DNA of 53,780 bases from Chrysochromulina tobinii. Its lineage: Eukaryota. The DNA is taken from assembly GCA_001275005.1 (NCBI GenBank), contig JWZX01003390.1:1-53780 (forward strand), in the 5' to 3' direction. Position numbers and translations under genes: made by a program. The notes beneath the pieces were generated by a model, which was given only the letters and a program-made list of their open reading frames with translations, had not been told where the DNA came from and made no database searches. Each line of letters opens with the position of its first letter. Within the stretch, counting starts at the first letter, position 1. Below, in pieces: positions 39,539-48,597 of this stretch.

Positions 39539-41464
39539 ATGGCGGCCGAAGTGACACATGCTAGCCTCATCTTCGGGGTTCTCATGTTCGTGTCGATCGT
39601 GTCGATTATCTTCACTCTAGAGTACCTTGACGACGAAGTCTTCGAGAATTCCATCCCTGATTTCAAGTTCCAGCGTGTCCTTGTCGGCGCTGTGGTGTCC
39701 TCCACACTTTCCGCCATGGTGCACAGGGGCGTGACTCGACAGAACCAAGAGGGCTCTTGGGTGCTGATGTCGATGCTCCTGATCAGTCAGCTTGTGTGCT
39801 GCGTCAACGACAACTATGCCGCCAGCGCCAGCCTCCGCGAGGGCTTCGCGTCCGGTATGGCTCGTCGCCGGGTCGCCCTGTGGCTGGGCAAACGGTTAGC
39901 GGCGACGGCGATCGCGCTCATCGTCGCGGTCAGCTTCGGCGTGCTTAAAGCAGCCTTCAAGGTAGCCAAATGGCGCCGCGCCCTCCTCAAGGCCGAGATG
40001 GCTGAGGCCGAGTACCCTGGCTACATGCTTAGGCGGCAGGCATCTGAAGACCAGACAGGACGTGTCATCCTGATCTGCTTCGCCAATGTGGGCTCGGGGC
40101 ATAAGGTGGCAGCGAAAGCGGTCGAGGCCGCGATCGAGGCTCGCAAGGCGGCCAACCCGGAACGCTATGGCAAGGTCAACGTCGTGCTCCTCGATGCAAT
40201 GGACCTGTGCCCAGAGCCCTTCCGCATCATCATGCAGGGCATGTTCCAGGAACTCACCCAGAGCCTCGCCGGCCAGCACATGCTGGGGTATCTGTACGAC
40301 ATGGGGGATGGCGGGCGGCAGAAGGCCCGCTTCCAGGCCGTCGCCGAGAACCTCTGCCTCGTGCCCATGCTCGAGCGAATTGCCGAGTATCGGCCGGACG
40401 CCGTCCTCTGCACACACTTTCTCCCCGCGCAGCTCATGGCCACTCTCCGTAGCCGCTCACGCACGCTCGAGCGTCGGCTACCCGTGGCAACCGTGCTCAC
40501 GGACCTGGACCTGCAGTACATGTGGGTGCAGAAGGTCGACCGCATGTTTGTGCCGCGCGAAGAGGCTCGTATCATGCTCGATGCATACGCGGCGAAAGGT
40601 GCGCCCAGCGCAGGCTCCGTGTCCATGGTCGGCATCCCGATCATGCCTGAGTTTGCTCGGCGGGCGGCAGAGTCGCCCGCGGCCCGACGCAGCGAGGCGA
40701 TCAAGGCGCTGGCTGTGTGGGACCGACCCGAGACGCAGCCAGCCACTTGGGATCCGAGCGTCTCCGGACCGTGGCCGCCCCCGTCCTGGCCGCCGACGTG
40801 GCCCGTGCCGCTGCAGGGGCCCGCGCCCGGAGACGCTCACGAAGACGCGCGGCCGATTGTGGTTTTCATGTCGAGTGGCAACGCCGTGATCGAGATGTAC
40901 GAGTCGCTCCTTGGCTGCCGCACGGCGCTCCGCCTCGTGGTCGTGACCGGGCGACAGGCCGACATTCGCGCCGACCTCGCCCGCGTACCTGTCCCCGCTC
41001 GTCATGCGGTCAAGTTGCTTGGGTACGTGACACAGATGCCGACGCTCCTGTCGTGCGCCGACTTGCTCGTGTCCAAATCGGGAGGGCTTTCGGTCGCCGA
41101 GGCGGCGGCGCTCAGCGTCCCGATGGTGGTCCTCGACCCCATTCCTGGTCAGGAGCAGCGCAACGCTGATGTGCTCCTCGAGGCGGGGGCGGCCGTCAAG
41201 ATCAACGACCTCCCGCTGCTCGGGGTCAAGGTCGACGCGGTGCTGAGAGGCGAGCGCCGGGCTATGATGGCCAAGGCAATTCACGCGTTGGCCAAGCCCA
41301 ATGCCGCCTTCACCATCGCAGATATCATCCTCGACGGTGAGCTGCGACCAGCCTTTGCCGAAGAGACTTCAATTACGCCTATGCTTGCCGCTGCGCTCTC
41401 GCGCAACACGGAAACGCCAAACCCGCCCAGCCCCTTGCCTAGCCCGAGGGCCAAGAGCGAATGA
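39539..41464 (+). CDS. GT28 diacylglycerol glycosyltransferase (MGDG synthase/UgtP-like) with an N-terminal membrane domain
   Basis: GSGHKVAAKAV, PDAVLCTHFLP, TVLTD, GIPI, KSGGLSVAEA, PIPGQEQRNA. Confidence 0.87.
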   Translation: MAAEVTHASLIFGVLMFVSIVSIIFTLEYLDDEVFENSIPDFKFQRVLVGAVVSSTLSAMVHRGVTRQNQEGSWVLMSMLLISQLVCCVNDNYAASASLREGFASGMARRRVALWLGKRLAATAIALIVAVSFGVLKAAFKVAKWRRALLKAEMAEAEYPGYMLRRQASEDQTGRVILICFANVGSGHKVAAKAVEAAIEARKAANPERYGKVNVVLLDAMDLCPEPFRIIMQGMFQELTQSLAGQHMLGYLYDMGDGGRQKARFQAVAENLCLVPMLERIAEYRPDAVLCTHFLPAQLMATLRSRSRTLERRLPVATVLTDLDLQYMWVQKVDRMFVPREEARIMLDAYAAKGAPSAGSVSMVGIPIMPEFARRAAESPAARRSEAIKALAVWDRPETQPATWDPSVSGPWPPPSWPPTWPVPLQGPAPGDAHEDARPIVVFMSSGNAVIEMYESLLGCRTALRLVVVTGRQADIRADLARVPVPARHAVKLLGYVTQMPTLLSCADLLVSKSGGLSVAEAAALSVPMVVLDPIPGQEQRNADVLLEAGAAVKINDLPLLGVKVDAVLRGERRAMMAKAIHALAKPNAAFTIADIILDGELRPAFAEETSITPMLAAALSRNTETPNPPSPLPSPRAKSE

Positions 41465-41765
41465 GACGGGAGGTCTTCTGTCGTGCGGCATGTGCCGGCA
41501 TGGTGCAGAGGGGAAGCCGCAATCGTTACCATGCAGTGTCCGGCCTAGCCCTACGTAGTCTACTGAAAGGATCGTAGTCGTAGGATTACAATCAATTCAC
41601 TAAAAGGCTGATGACGTGTTGAGACGACCCCGGATCTACGAAACTTACTCGGTTGTGAATGAAAACTTTATATCTTGACTTGACTGGTACTGTACCCGGT
41701 ATCATACCGGGTAATCACCCCCGAGAGCTTTCCGAGCACGGGAGACTGAGAGGCCGAGCTCGGAA

Positions 41766-42728
41766 ATGTACTATGACATGAACCTCGAGGACCTGAAAGC
41801 GCTCGCTGAAAAACGTGGCATCAAAGTGGAAGGCAAAGGCTGGTCCACATGCTGCCCGCCGAAAGGGAACAAAGCGGACATCATAATGGCACTCGAGAGA
41901 CATGGTGGTGGCAGCGGTGGGAAGAAAGCTCTTGAGAAACATGGCTGTGGCAGCGGTGGGATGTACTACGACGGCATGAACCTCGAGGACCTGAAAGCGC
42001 TCGCTGAAAAACGTGGCATCAAAGTGGAAGGCAGAGGCTGGTCCACATGCTGCCCGCCGAACGGCAACAAAGCGGACATCATAATGGCACTTGAGAAACA
42101 TGGTGGTGGCGGCGGTTACGACATAGTTCAAAGGATGAACACTGTCGCAATCAGCAGCCTACACTTCATCCCATCACAGACCATCGCCGCCTTGCGCTAC
42201 CGACGGGAAGATATCACTGGCTTCATCCAACAAAATCGCCTCAACGAGGACGTGGTGATGCGCATGTATACAGAGAACCACATCTACAAGGAATTGAATG
42301 CGAGCCTCAACACTGGCAACCTCACTCAGTATCAGAAGCAGTTTACCATGCTACTTGGTGACGCAATCTACCGAATCATAGAGAGGCTCCCCAAAACGGT
42401 ATATCGGGGCCTGAAGCTTGGGGCGGACGTGCTGAAAGAGTACAAGGATGCCGAGGGTCGCACAATCTACTGGTATGGGTTCACTTCGACGTCACGTGAC
42501 ATGGATACGGCGAAGACGTTTGGCCCTGTGCTGGTTGAGATCGAGTTGGAAAAAGGGAATCGCGACCATGTTGCCGACATGACCGCTCATTCAAAATATG
42601 AAGATGAGGCGGAGGTGCTCATCTCAGCTAATGCCGGGTTCTTCATCGAGCGTGTCGACGTTGCAAAGCGCTATATGAAGCTCTCACTGGTCGACAATGA
42701 GCATTGCCCCAAGTGGGACCGGGATTGA
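41766..42728 (+). CDS. Mono-ADP-ribosyltransferase (R-S-E/ARTC clade) with two N-terminal SAP/HeH-like repeats
   Basis: MYT...YKELN, VYRG, FTSTS, SKYEDEAEVL. Duplicated MNLEDLKALAEKRGI...NKADIIMAL (period 195 bp). Confidence 0.87.
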   Translation: MYYDMNLEDLKALAEKRGIKVEGKGWSTCCPPKGNKADIIMALERHGGGSGGKKALEKHGCGSGGMYYDGMNLEDLKALAEKRGIKVEGRGWSTCCPPNGNKADIIMALEKHGGGGGYDIVQRMNTVAISSLHFIPSQTIAALRYRREDITGFIQQNRLNEDVVMRMYTENHIYKELNASLNTGNLTQYQKQFTMLLGDAIYRIIERLPKTVYRGLKLGADVLKEYKDAEGRTIYWYGFTSTSRDMDTAKTFGPVLVEIELEKGNRDHVADMTAHSKYEDEAEVLISANAGFFIERVDVAKRYMKLSLVDNEHCPKWDRD

Positions 42729-43356
42729 TGCGACATGCAAGTGTCTTTCCCGTTTCGGCCTGCAAGTGTCTTTTCATGTTTTGCGTACTGGCCAGCTCGC
42801 AATTGCATCGTTCTCGTCTCAACCGAACAAACGAACAACCAATCTTAAGACGTGGACCCCTTTCGGCACCGCGGCGTGTGTCGGCTATGCATGTTTCACC
42901 GTCACCACCAGGGGTCCAGGGCCGCGCTTGATCGAGGGTGAGATAGTGGTTTGTGGCGCGCGCATCCAATTATGAATTTAAACGTGCGCCCCTGGCGCCC
43001 CTGGCCACCCCTTTCTCCCCAAACTGAAATAGAGAAGAAGATTTCCTCCCTTTCCCCAAACTAAAAGAGTGAAGAAAGATCCTAGACCTCCTAGCGCCCC
43101 TGGGGCGTACCCCCACGAGAAAAAGCACGGGGCGGTTTGTCGTGATTAACCTATCGTGACTCGTGACTGACCGGACGACATGCGACAAAACGGCGGCTTA
43201 TTCGCCGCGGGCTACTGATGAGCTGTGCGGGTGAGTTGTATTCAATTCGTTTCGTAACATCGATCACGGTGAGCGACGAAACTGGATTTACGTTCACAAG
43301 GGACGCGGCAGATCATCACTCACGCGGCAATCTTCGTTCTCATCAAAAGTGGGAAG

Positions 43357-45256
43357 ATGATGATGGCATTACCCCCACCGCAGGCGCTCCGCAGTCATTC
43401 CGAGGCTCGCTCAGCAATGCGCGCCTCCCATCCATCGGGTCGCCTTTTTATGAATGAACCAAGTCAGGTGGCATCATGGTACGATTCTGGCATACGGCTC
43501 TTGGCCGCCGAGGCTAAGGCGTCCTCAGAGACGGAGCCGGATACGCTTTCCTCGGCCAACGAGCCCAACTTGCCGCCCGCGACGCTGCCACTGTCTGCCG
43601 CCGTCGTCTCATGGTTCGACAGTGGAACACGATTGGTTGGAACAGAGCTCGGAACAGAGCTCGTCGAGGAGCCAGCAGTGAGCCCACCGGAGCAAGTAAT
43701 GCTCGAGGTTAGCATGGACGTCGTGAGGTTGCCTCCCCCACCGCCAACGCCAATGCCGTCGCCACCGCCGTCGGGCAACATGGAGACACCAGTCGTGGCA
43801 CCCTCTTTGCTTGATGCGTTGTTACCTTGGGGAGTCAAGGCGGCCGAGATGGTCGATGTGGTGTTTCGCCCTGTCGCAGAACAGGCGACCCAAGTCGTCG
43901 ATGTGCGACTCTCGGAGGCCCTCGTGCCGAGCCGGCTCGCCGCCGCGGACCGCGTCGAGAAGCTCAAGTTTGTCGTACCACGGTACGTGCTGGCGGTCGC
44001 ACAGTTGGCGTACGAAGATGCGACAGCCGCACTAGCCGAGGTGTGGACGCCCGAAGCGCAGGAGAAGGCGCAGCGCGCCGCCGCCGAGCTCGTCGCTGTG
44101 TCCAAGGGGCTGGTCGAAAAGGGCATCGGGCAGGCCAAACAGATTGCCGAGACGCTCGCCGAGCAGATGAAGGAGAAGCAGCTTGCTGAGCAGGCGTCGT
44201 CGCGAGCGGACGCGTCTCGCCAGGCGGCCGATCGCATCAACTACCTCAAGACGCGCGAAGCGGAGCTCCAGACGCTGATAGCGCAAGAGCTGGCGGCGGC
44301 AGAGGAAGGCGCGCCAGAGCTGGCGGCGGCAGTGGACGAAGTCTCAATGGTGGCGGCGGGCCTGGCTGTCGTCGAGCGTCGAAACCGAATGGCCTCTGCT
44401 CTCGCGCAGAAGAGAAAGGCGCTGCTGCTCAAGCGCGAAGGCAGATCGGCGATCTTGCGCCGCGAGAGCATTGCCAATTATGGCGTTGCAAAGGCCGCGG
44501 AGATCGCAGCGACCAAGAAGGCAGCCGTGGCATCAAAGGAGGAGGAGCGTCGTCTCGAGCGTCTCCTCACGGAACAAAACGAGGCAGGGCGCATCGCTGC
44601 CGAGGCTGTGGCGGCTGCTGAGGCGGAGCGTTTTTCCGCGGAGCAAGCAGAGGCAGAGCGCGTAGCGGCGGACCAATCGGAGCGCCTTGCTGCCGAGTCA
44701 GCGGCAGCTGACGCCGAGGCGGCACGCATGGCCACGGCAGCGCAAGCCGAGGTCGAGAGGCTGGCAGCAGAGCAGGCGGAGGCGGAGCTGCGGGCAGCAG
44801 ATGCCGAGGCGGCACGCATGGCCACGGCAGCGCAAGCCGAGGTCGAGAGGCTGGCAGCAGAGGAGGCGGAGGCAGGAGCTGCGGGCAGCAGATGCCGAGG
44901 CGGCACGCATGGCCACGGCAGCGCAAGCCGAGGTCGAGAGGCTGGCAGCAGAGGAGGCGGAGCTGCGGGCAGCAGATGCCGAGGCGGCATGCATGTCTGC
45001 GGAGGACGAGAAGCATCGCGTGACTGCGCAGAAGTGTGAGGCCGAGAAGGTTGAGGGGGAGAAGATGGGGGCCGAGAAGGTAGGGGCGGAATCGGCGCAA
45101 GCGGGAACGGTGCAGGAAGAGGGCTGGAGTGTCCAGGCTGCAGCAGAGAAGGCGGAGGCGAAGCGCTTGGCAGCACGGATGAGGACACCGAATGGTGTCG
45201 TCATCTTGGGAGGTGACAATCTACCTGGCTTCACGACGGGCAATACATGGGGTTAG
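43357..45256 (+). CDS. Hypothetical Ala/Glu-rich repeat protein with an apparent +1 frameshift at about 44874
   Basis: About 30-aa repeat AADAEAARMATAAQAEVERLAAE x3. One copy has an extra A (GGCAGGAGCT vs GGCGGAGCT) and the repeat continues in the 44687..45256 frame. Confidence 0.7.
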
Positions 45257-45747
45257 ATGAAAGGAAGCTGCGAACGTTCGAAGACAGCTGCCCAAGAGAC
45301 ACGGGGATACAAGGATGCTTGTGTATCTTGGAGCATCGATCATGATGCCAGTTGGCGGACACCCTAGCTGGACGGCGCGCATGGCGGGGTGCCCTTGCCA
45401 CAGCACACCCCGTTCACGCATGGCGGACAGAAATACGAGTAGACGACAGGCACGGAGCGTCGGTGCCAACGACCATGATGCCGTAGTCGGAAAGTCGCCA
45501 AAGTTGTTCATGCACGGGCAGGTAGGCCAAATCACAAGTGAGAACGAAGCGCATGCGGAAACTTGACTTGTCTTGACTTTAAAGACTTGTTATAAGTCAA
45601 ACTCAACTTCTGCACACTCAACTTCGTCGTGTGTGTCCGAGATGGCAAACTAACGTGAACGTGAACGTGTGTTTCACAAGCACGCCCCCCGAGCGTGTTA
45701 GAAGTCACACAGACACACATTCACATTCACATACGATCGCGACTCGC

Positions 45748-46737
45748 ATGGCTGCTGCAAAACTCAGCGTCGCCGAGCTCAAAGCACGCCTGCAAGCGGT
45801 CGGCATCACGGACTTGAATGACGTGGGCAAAGCGGAACTCGTTGAGCTCGTCGAGTCGCTGGACGCGAGCAGCAGCGAGAAGGCCCAGACTGAGCTGGAT
45901 CTTCACGGTGTCCAATCTGAAGTCCCTGACGCGGAGCTGCAGTACACCATCGCGCTCTCGGCCGTTACGTGTTGCATTCCGGCGATCTCGCTCTTCTTTA
46001 CCTCGGATGAATGGCGTCTCGCCGTCACCGCCTTCTTTGAGCGATATTGTGCAGCTGAGACGCACGCCGTCTACATGGCATTCCGCAAGCTGGTCGACAA
46101 GCTCATCAGCGAGCAACTGCTGCAGCTGGAGCATGTGCCAGACATGGCCACACTCGCAATGTTTTGTGAGCGCGTCGGCGCATCGGACGATCTCGACGGC
46201 TGGGTGGAGGCAGACGTGGCTGAGCAAGCGAAGCTCATGCTGCTGTGTGACGACGAGGCGCGCTTCGCGGAGCTGATGCGCGAGTACGCGTCGATGACGT
46301 CCGCGGTCGAGGCGGACGGTGACATGCTCGCCGACCTCGAGGACGCCTTTGGCTTCTCCGCCTTGTTCCAGGGACCCCCTCCGCTCCCGTCGTCTGCGGC
46401 GGAGCTTGCCGACGGTGCCAGCCTGCTGCTCACGCCGGCGGGCGGCTTCGGCTTTGCGAGCTTCACGCAGGTGCAGCATGGCGAGTACGCCGAGAGGGAA
46501 GAGCGCTCGGCTCCGCTCAAGCCGGAGGCCGGTCGGCCGGAGGCGAGCGTGGCTGTTCGAAGGACGAGTTCGAAGGTGCTGGACCAGAAGGAGGAGGAGT
46601 CCATGGTTGCGTCGGCGCAGCCGTTGGAGCTTGTGACGTTTGTGTCGGCCCTCGCGCAGGTCAGGTCGATTGTGCCGCGCCGTGCCGCACCGGTCTTGGA
46701 ATCAGGGGTGCGAGCCAAGTTGCCGGGGATTCCATAA
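45748..46737 (+). CDS. Hypothetical protein with a SAP/HeH-like N terminus and a BART (CFAP36/ARL2BP)-like domain
   Basis: KLSVAELKARL...KAELVELV, then FFTSDEWRLAVTAFFERYC...FRKLVDKLI...DDEARFAELM. Confidence 0.55.
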   Translation: MAAAKLSVAELKARLQAVGITDLNDVGKAELVELVESLDASSSEKAQTELDLHGVQSEVPDAELQYTIALSAVTCCIPAISLFFTSDEWRLAVTAFFERYCAAETHAVYMAFRKLVDKLISEQLLQLEHVPDMATLAMFCERVGASDDLDGWVEADVAEQAKLMLLCDDEARFAELMREYASMTSAVEADGDMLADLEDAFGFSALFQGPPPLPSSAAELADGASLLLTPAGGFGFASFTQVQHGEYAEREERSAPLKPEAGRPEASVAVRRTSSKVLDQKEEESMVASAQPLELVTFVSALAQVRSIVPRRAAPVLESGVRAKLPGIP

Positions 46738-47089
46738 CTTCAACTGACACGTCGTTGTCCATTCGCATGTGCATGTCGAATCGTCGATCCCAAAACGCAT
46801 TAAGCCTTCCGTACTGCAACCAGTACTGAACGGTAACTCGGCAAAAAGTAGGGGTCGCATTGTAATTGAGCGGGGTCGCATTGTAATTGAGCTTCGCTTT
46901 CGTGTTATTTGGTTGTTTGTTCAAGAGAGATTTGTAATTGTGCAAGCTACCCTACCCAAAAAAAGCTCTCCGCTCCACAGAATGAGTCACCGCGCACCCC
47001 GGGGGCTACCAAAGAGCACCGATATGTGAAGAGGTCGACTCCTTTTCACATGAACGACCGAACACTTTTTGGCTCCCGGCTCCCTGCAC

Positions 47090-48316
47090 ATGGCTGCTGC
47101 CGCGCCGCCTGAGCCGCCCAAGGCGAGCAAGGAGTCGATGCTAGCGGCGGTCAAGGAGAACCGGTTGGACGACGTCAAGATCTTTCTCGACGTCGAAAAG
47201 AACAAGGACTTTTGCAACGTGGTCGACGGCGTGTACGGCGCCACATCTCTGAAGGACGAGAAAGGGCTTGAGCCACTCATGATCGCGGCTATCGAAGGTC
47301 ACGAGAAAATGTGCGAGCTGCTCATCCGAAAGCGCGCCAACCTCACCTGTGCCGACCAGCGCGGGGACACCCCGCTACACCGTGCAGTGGTGCTGGGCTT
47401 CGCGAACGTTGTCGAGGTGCTGATCAGCAAGAATGCACCATTGGACTCGAGATCAAAAACGGGCTCGACGGCGCTTCACTATTCGACGCTCCGTGGCAAC
47501 CGCGGGCTGAGCGAGCTGCTGCTCATGAAGGGGGCCAATCCAAACGTATTCGACGAGCCCTTTGGCAACACGCCATTGCACTTCGCTGCCATGGAGGGCC
47601 ACGTCGGCATCGGCCTGATCTTGCTCAACAGCCGCGCGAGCATGGACAGCGTGAACAGCTTTGGGGATACGCCGCTGCACGACGCGGCCGGCTATGGTCA
47701 GGCCAACTTTTGCAAGATGCTCCTCAAGCGTGGCGCGAACGTGCTTGCCTTGTCGGCCACGCGCAAGACGCCGCTTATGTGTGCCACGAGCCGCAGCTAC
47801 CCAACGTGCGTGGCCATCGTCGAGCAATTCGAGGCCAAGGCGAAGGAACTCATCGCGGCCGAGACGCGCCGTTTGCACGAGCTGGGGCAGCAGCGCCTCG
47901 AGGAGGTGCAAGCAGCGCGCGAGAGGGCAGCCGCGCATGCAGCCGCGCATGCATCGGCGCGTGTAGCCGCGCATGCATCGGCGGAGCGCGATTGTGCAAA
48001 GGCGGAGGCCGTTCGATTGGAGGCAGCCGCGCATGCATCGGCCGTTCGATTGGAGGCGCTTGCAGCCGAGGGCGCAGCAGCAGCGGCGGCACCCGACATA
48101 GCCGATGAGGCGGCCCCCAGGACGACGCCAACGTCGTCTTCGCCTCGAAGCAGGTTCGCGGCCAAGCGGCCGCCCGTCTCGCCTTTCTCGCCCACGGCGT
48201 TGCCCGCGACGTTGCATAGGGCGCCGTCCAAGACTTCGTCACCCGCGAGCTCGCCCCGCTCGCCCAAGGAGTCGCCCCGTACTCCGCGCTCGCCGAAGAG
48301 CTGGGCGAACACGTGA
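47090..48316 (+). CDS. Ankyrin-repeat protein
   Basis: GDTPLHRAV, GSTALHYS, GNTPLHFAA, GDTPLHDAA, KTPLMCA. Confidence 0.93.
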   Translation: MAAAAPPEPPKASKESMLAAVKENRLDDVKIFLDVEKNKDFCNVVDGVYGATSLKDEKGLEPLMIAAIEGHEKMCELLIRKRANLTCADQRGDTPLHRAVVLGFANVVEVLISKNAPLDSRSKTGSTALHYSTLRGNRGLSELLLMKGANPNVFDEPFGNTPLHFAAMEGHVGIGLILLNSRASMDSVNSFGDTPLHDAAGYGQANFCKMLLKRGANVLALSATRKTPLMCATSRSYPTCVAIVEQFEAKAKELIAAETRRLHELGQQRLEEVQAARERAAAHAAAHASARVAAHASAERDCAKAEAVRLEAAAHASAVRLEALAAEGAAAAAAPDIADEAAPRTTPTSSSPRSRFAAKRPPVSPFSPTALPATLHRAPSKTSSPASSPRSPKESPRTPRSPKSWANT

Positions 48317-48396
48317 AGCAAGCAAGCAACACCCGAACCCTAATAGAGCGCTTGCTTGGCTTGATCCTTGAAAATAGCGACCCGCTTCTTTGTTCG

Positions 48397-48450
48397 GTAC
48401 CGGTACACGGTACAGTTCAGTACCGTACGGTACTGTACCGGTACCGGTAC
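48397..48450. repeat. GTAC-rich imperfect palindrome
   Basis: Perfect core CAGTACCGTACGGTACTG (48418..48435) with GTACCGGTAC arms. Confidence 0.8.
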
Positions 48451-48597
48451 ATGTTCTGAGGCCCTTTTTGGAAGGTGTGAAACTTCTGATCGCGTCGCAG
48501 CACACACCTTTGCACGATTCTTCCCCCCCGACGCCGACCACCTTCGATCCATTGAGCTGTGGGCCGAGGTGCTGAAGAATGTCGACGAACACTGAAG

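Noticed and set aside
42975..43115. GCGCCCCTGG and CCCCAAACT repeats as a MITE
   Set aside because: Short direct repeats only, with no convincing TIR pair or TSD.
38406..46737. Ciliary gene cluster (FAM166-like, BART-like, with MNS1)
   Set aside because: The genes are scattered among unrelated loci, which is expected in a flagellate genome.
46851..46892. 21-bp exact tandem duplication
   Set aside because: A simple local duplication. The flanking TIR-like similarity is too weak to call an element.
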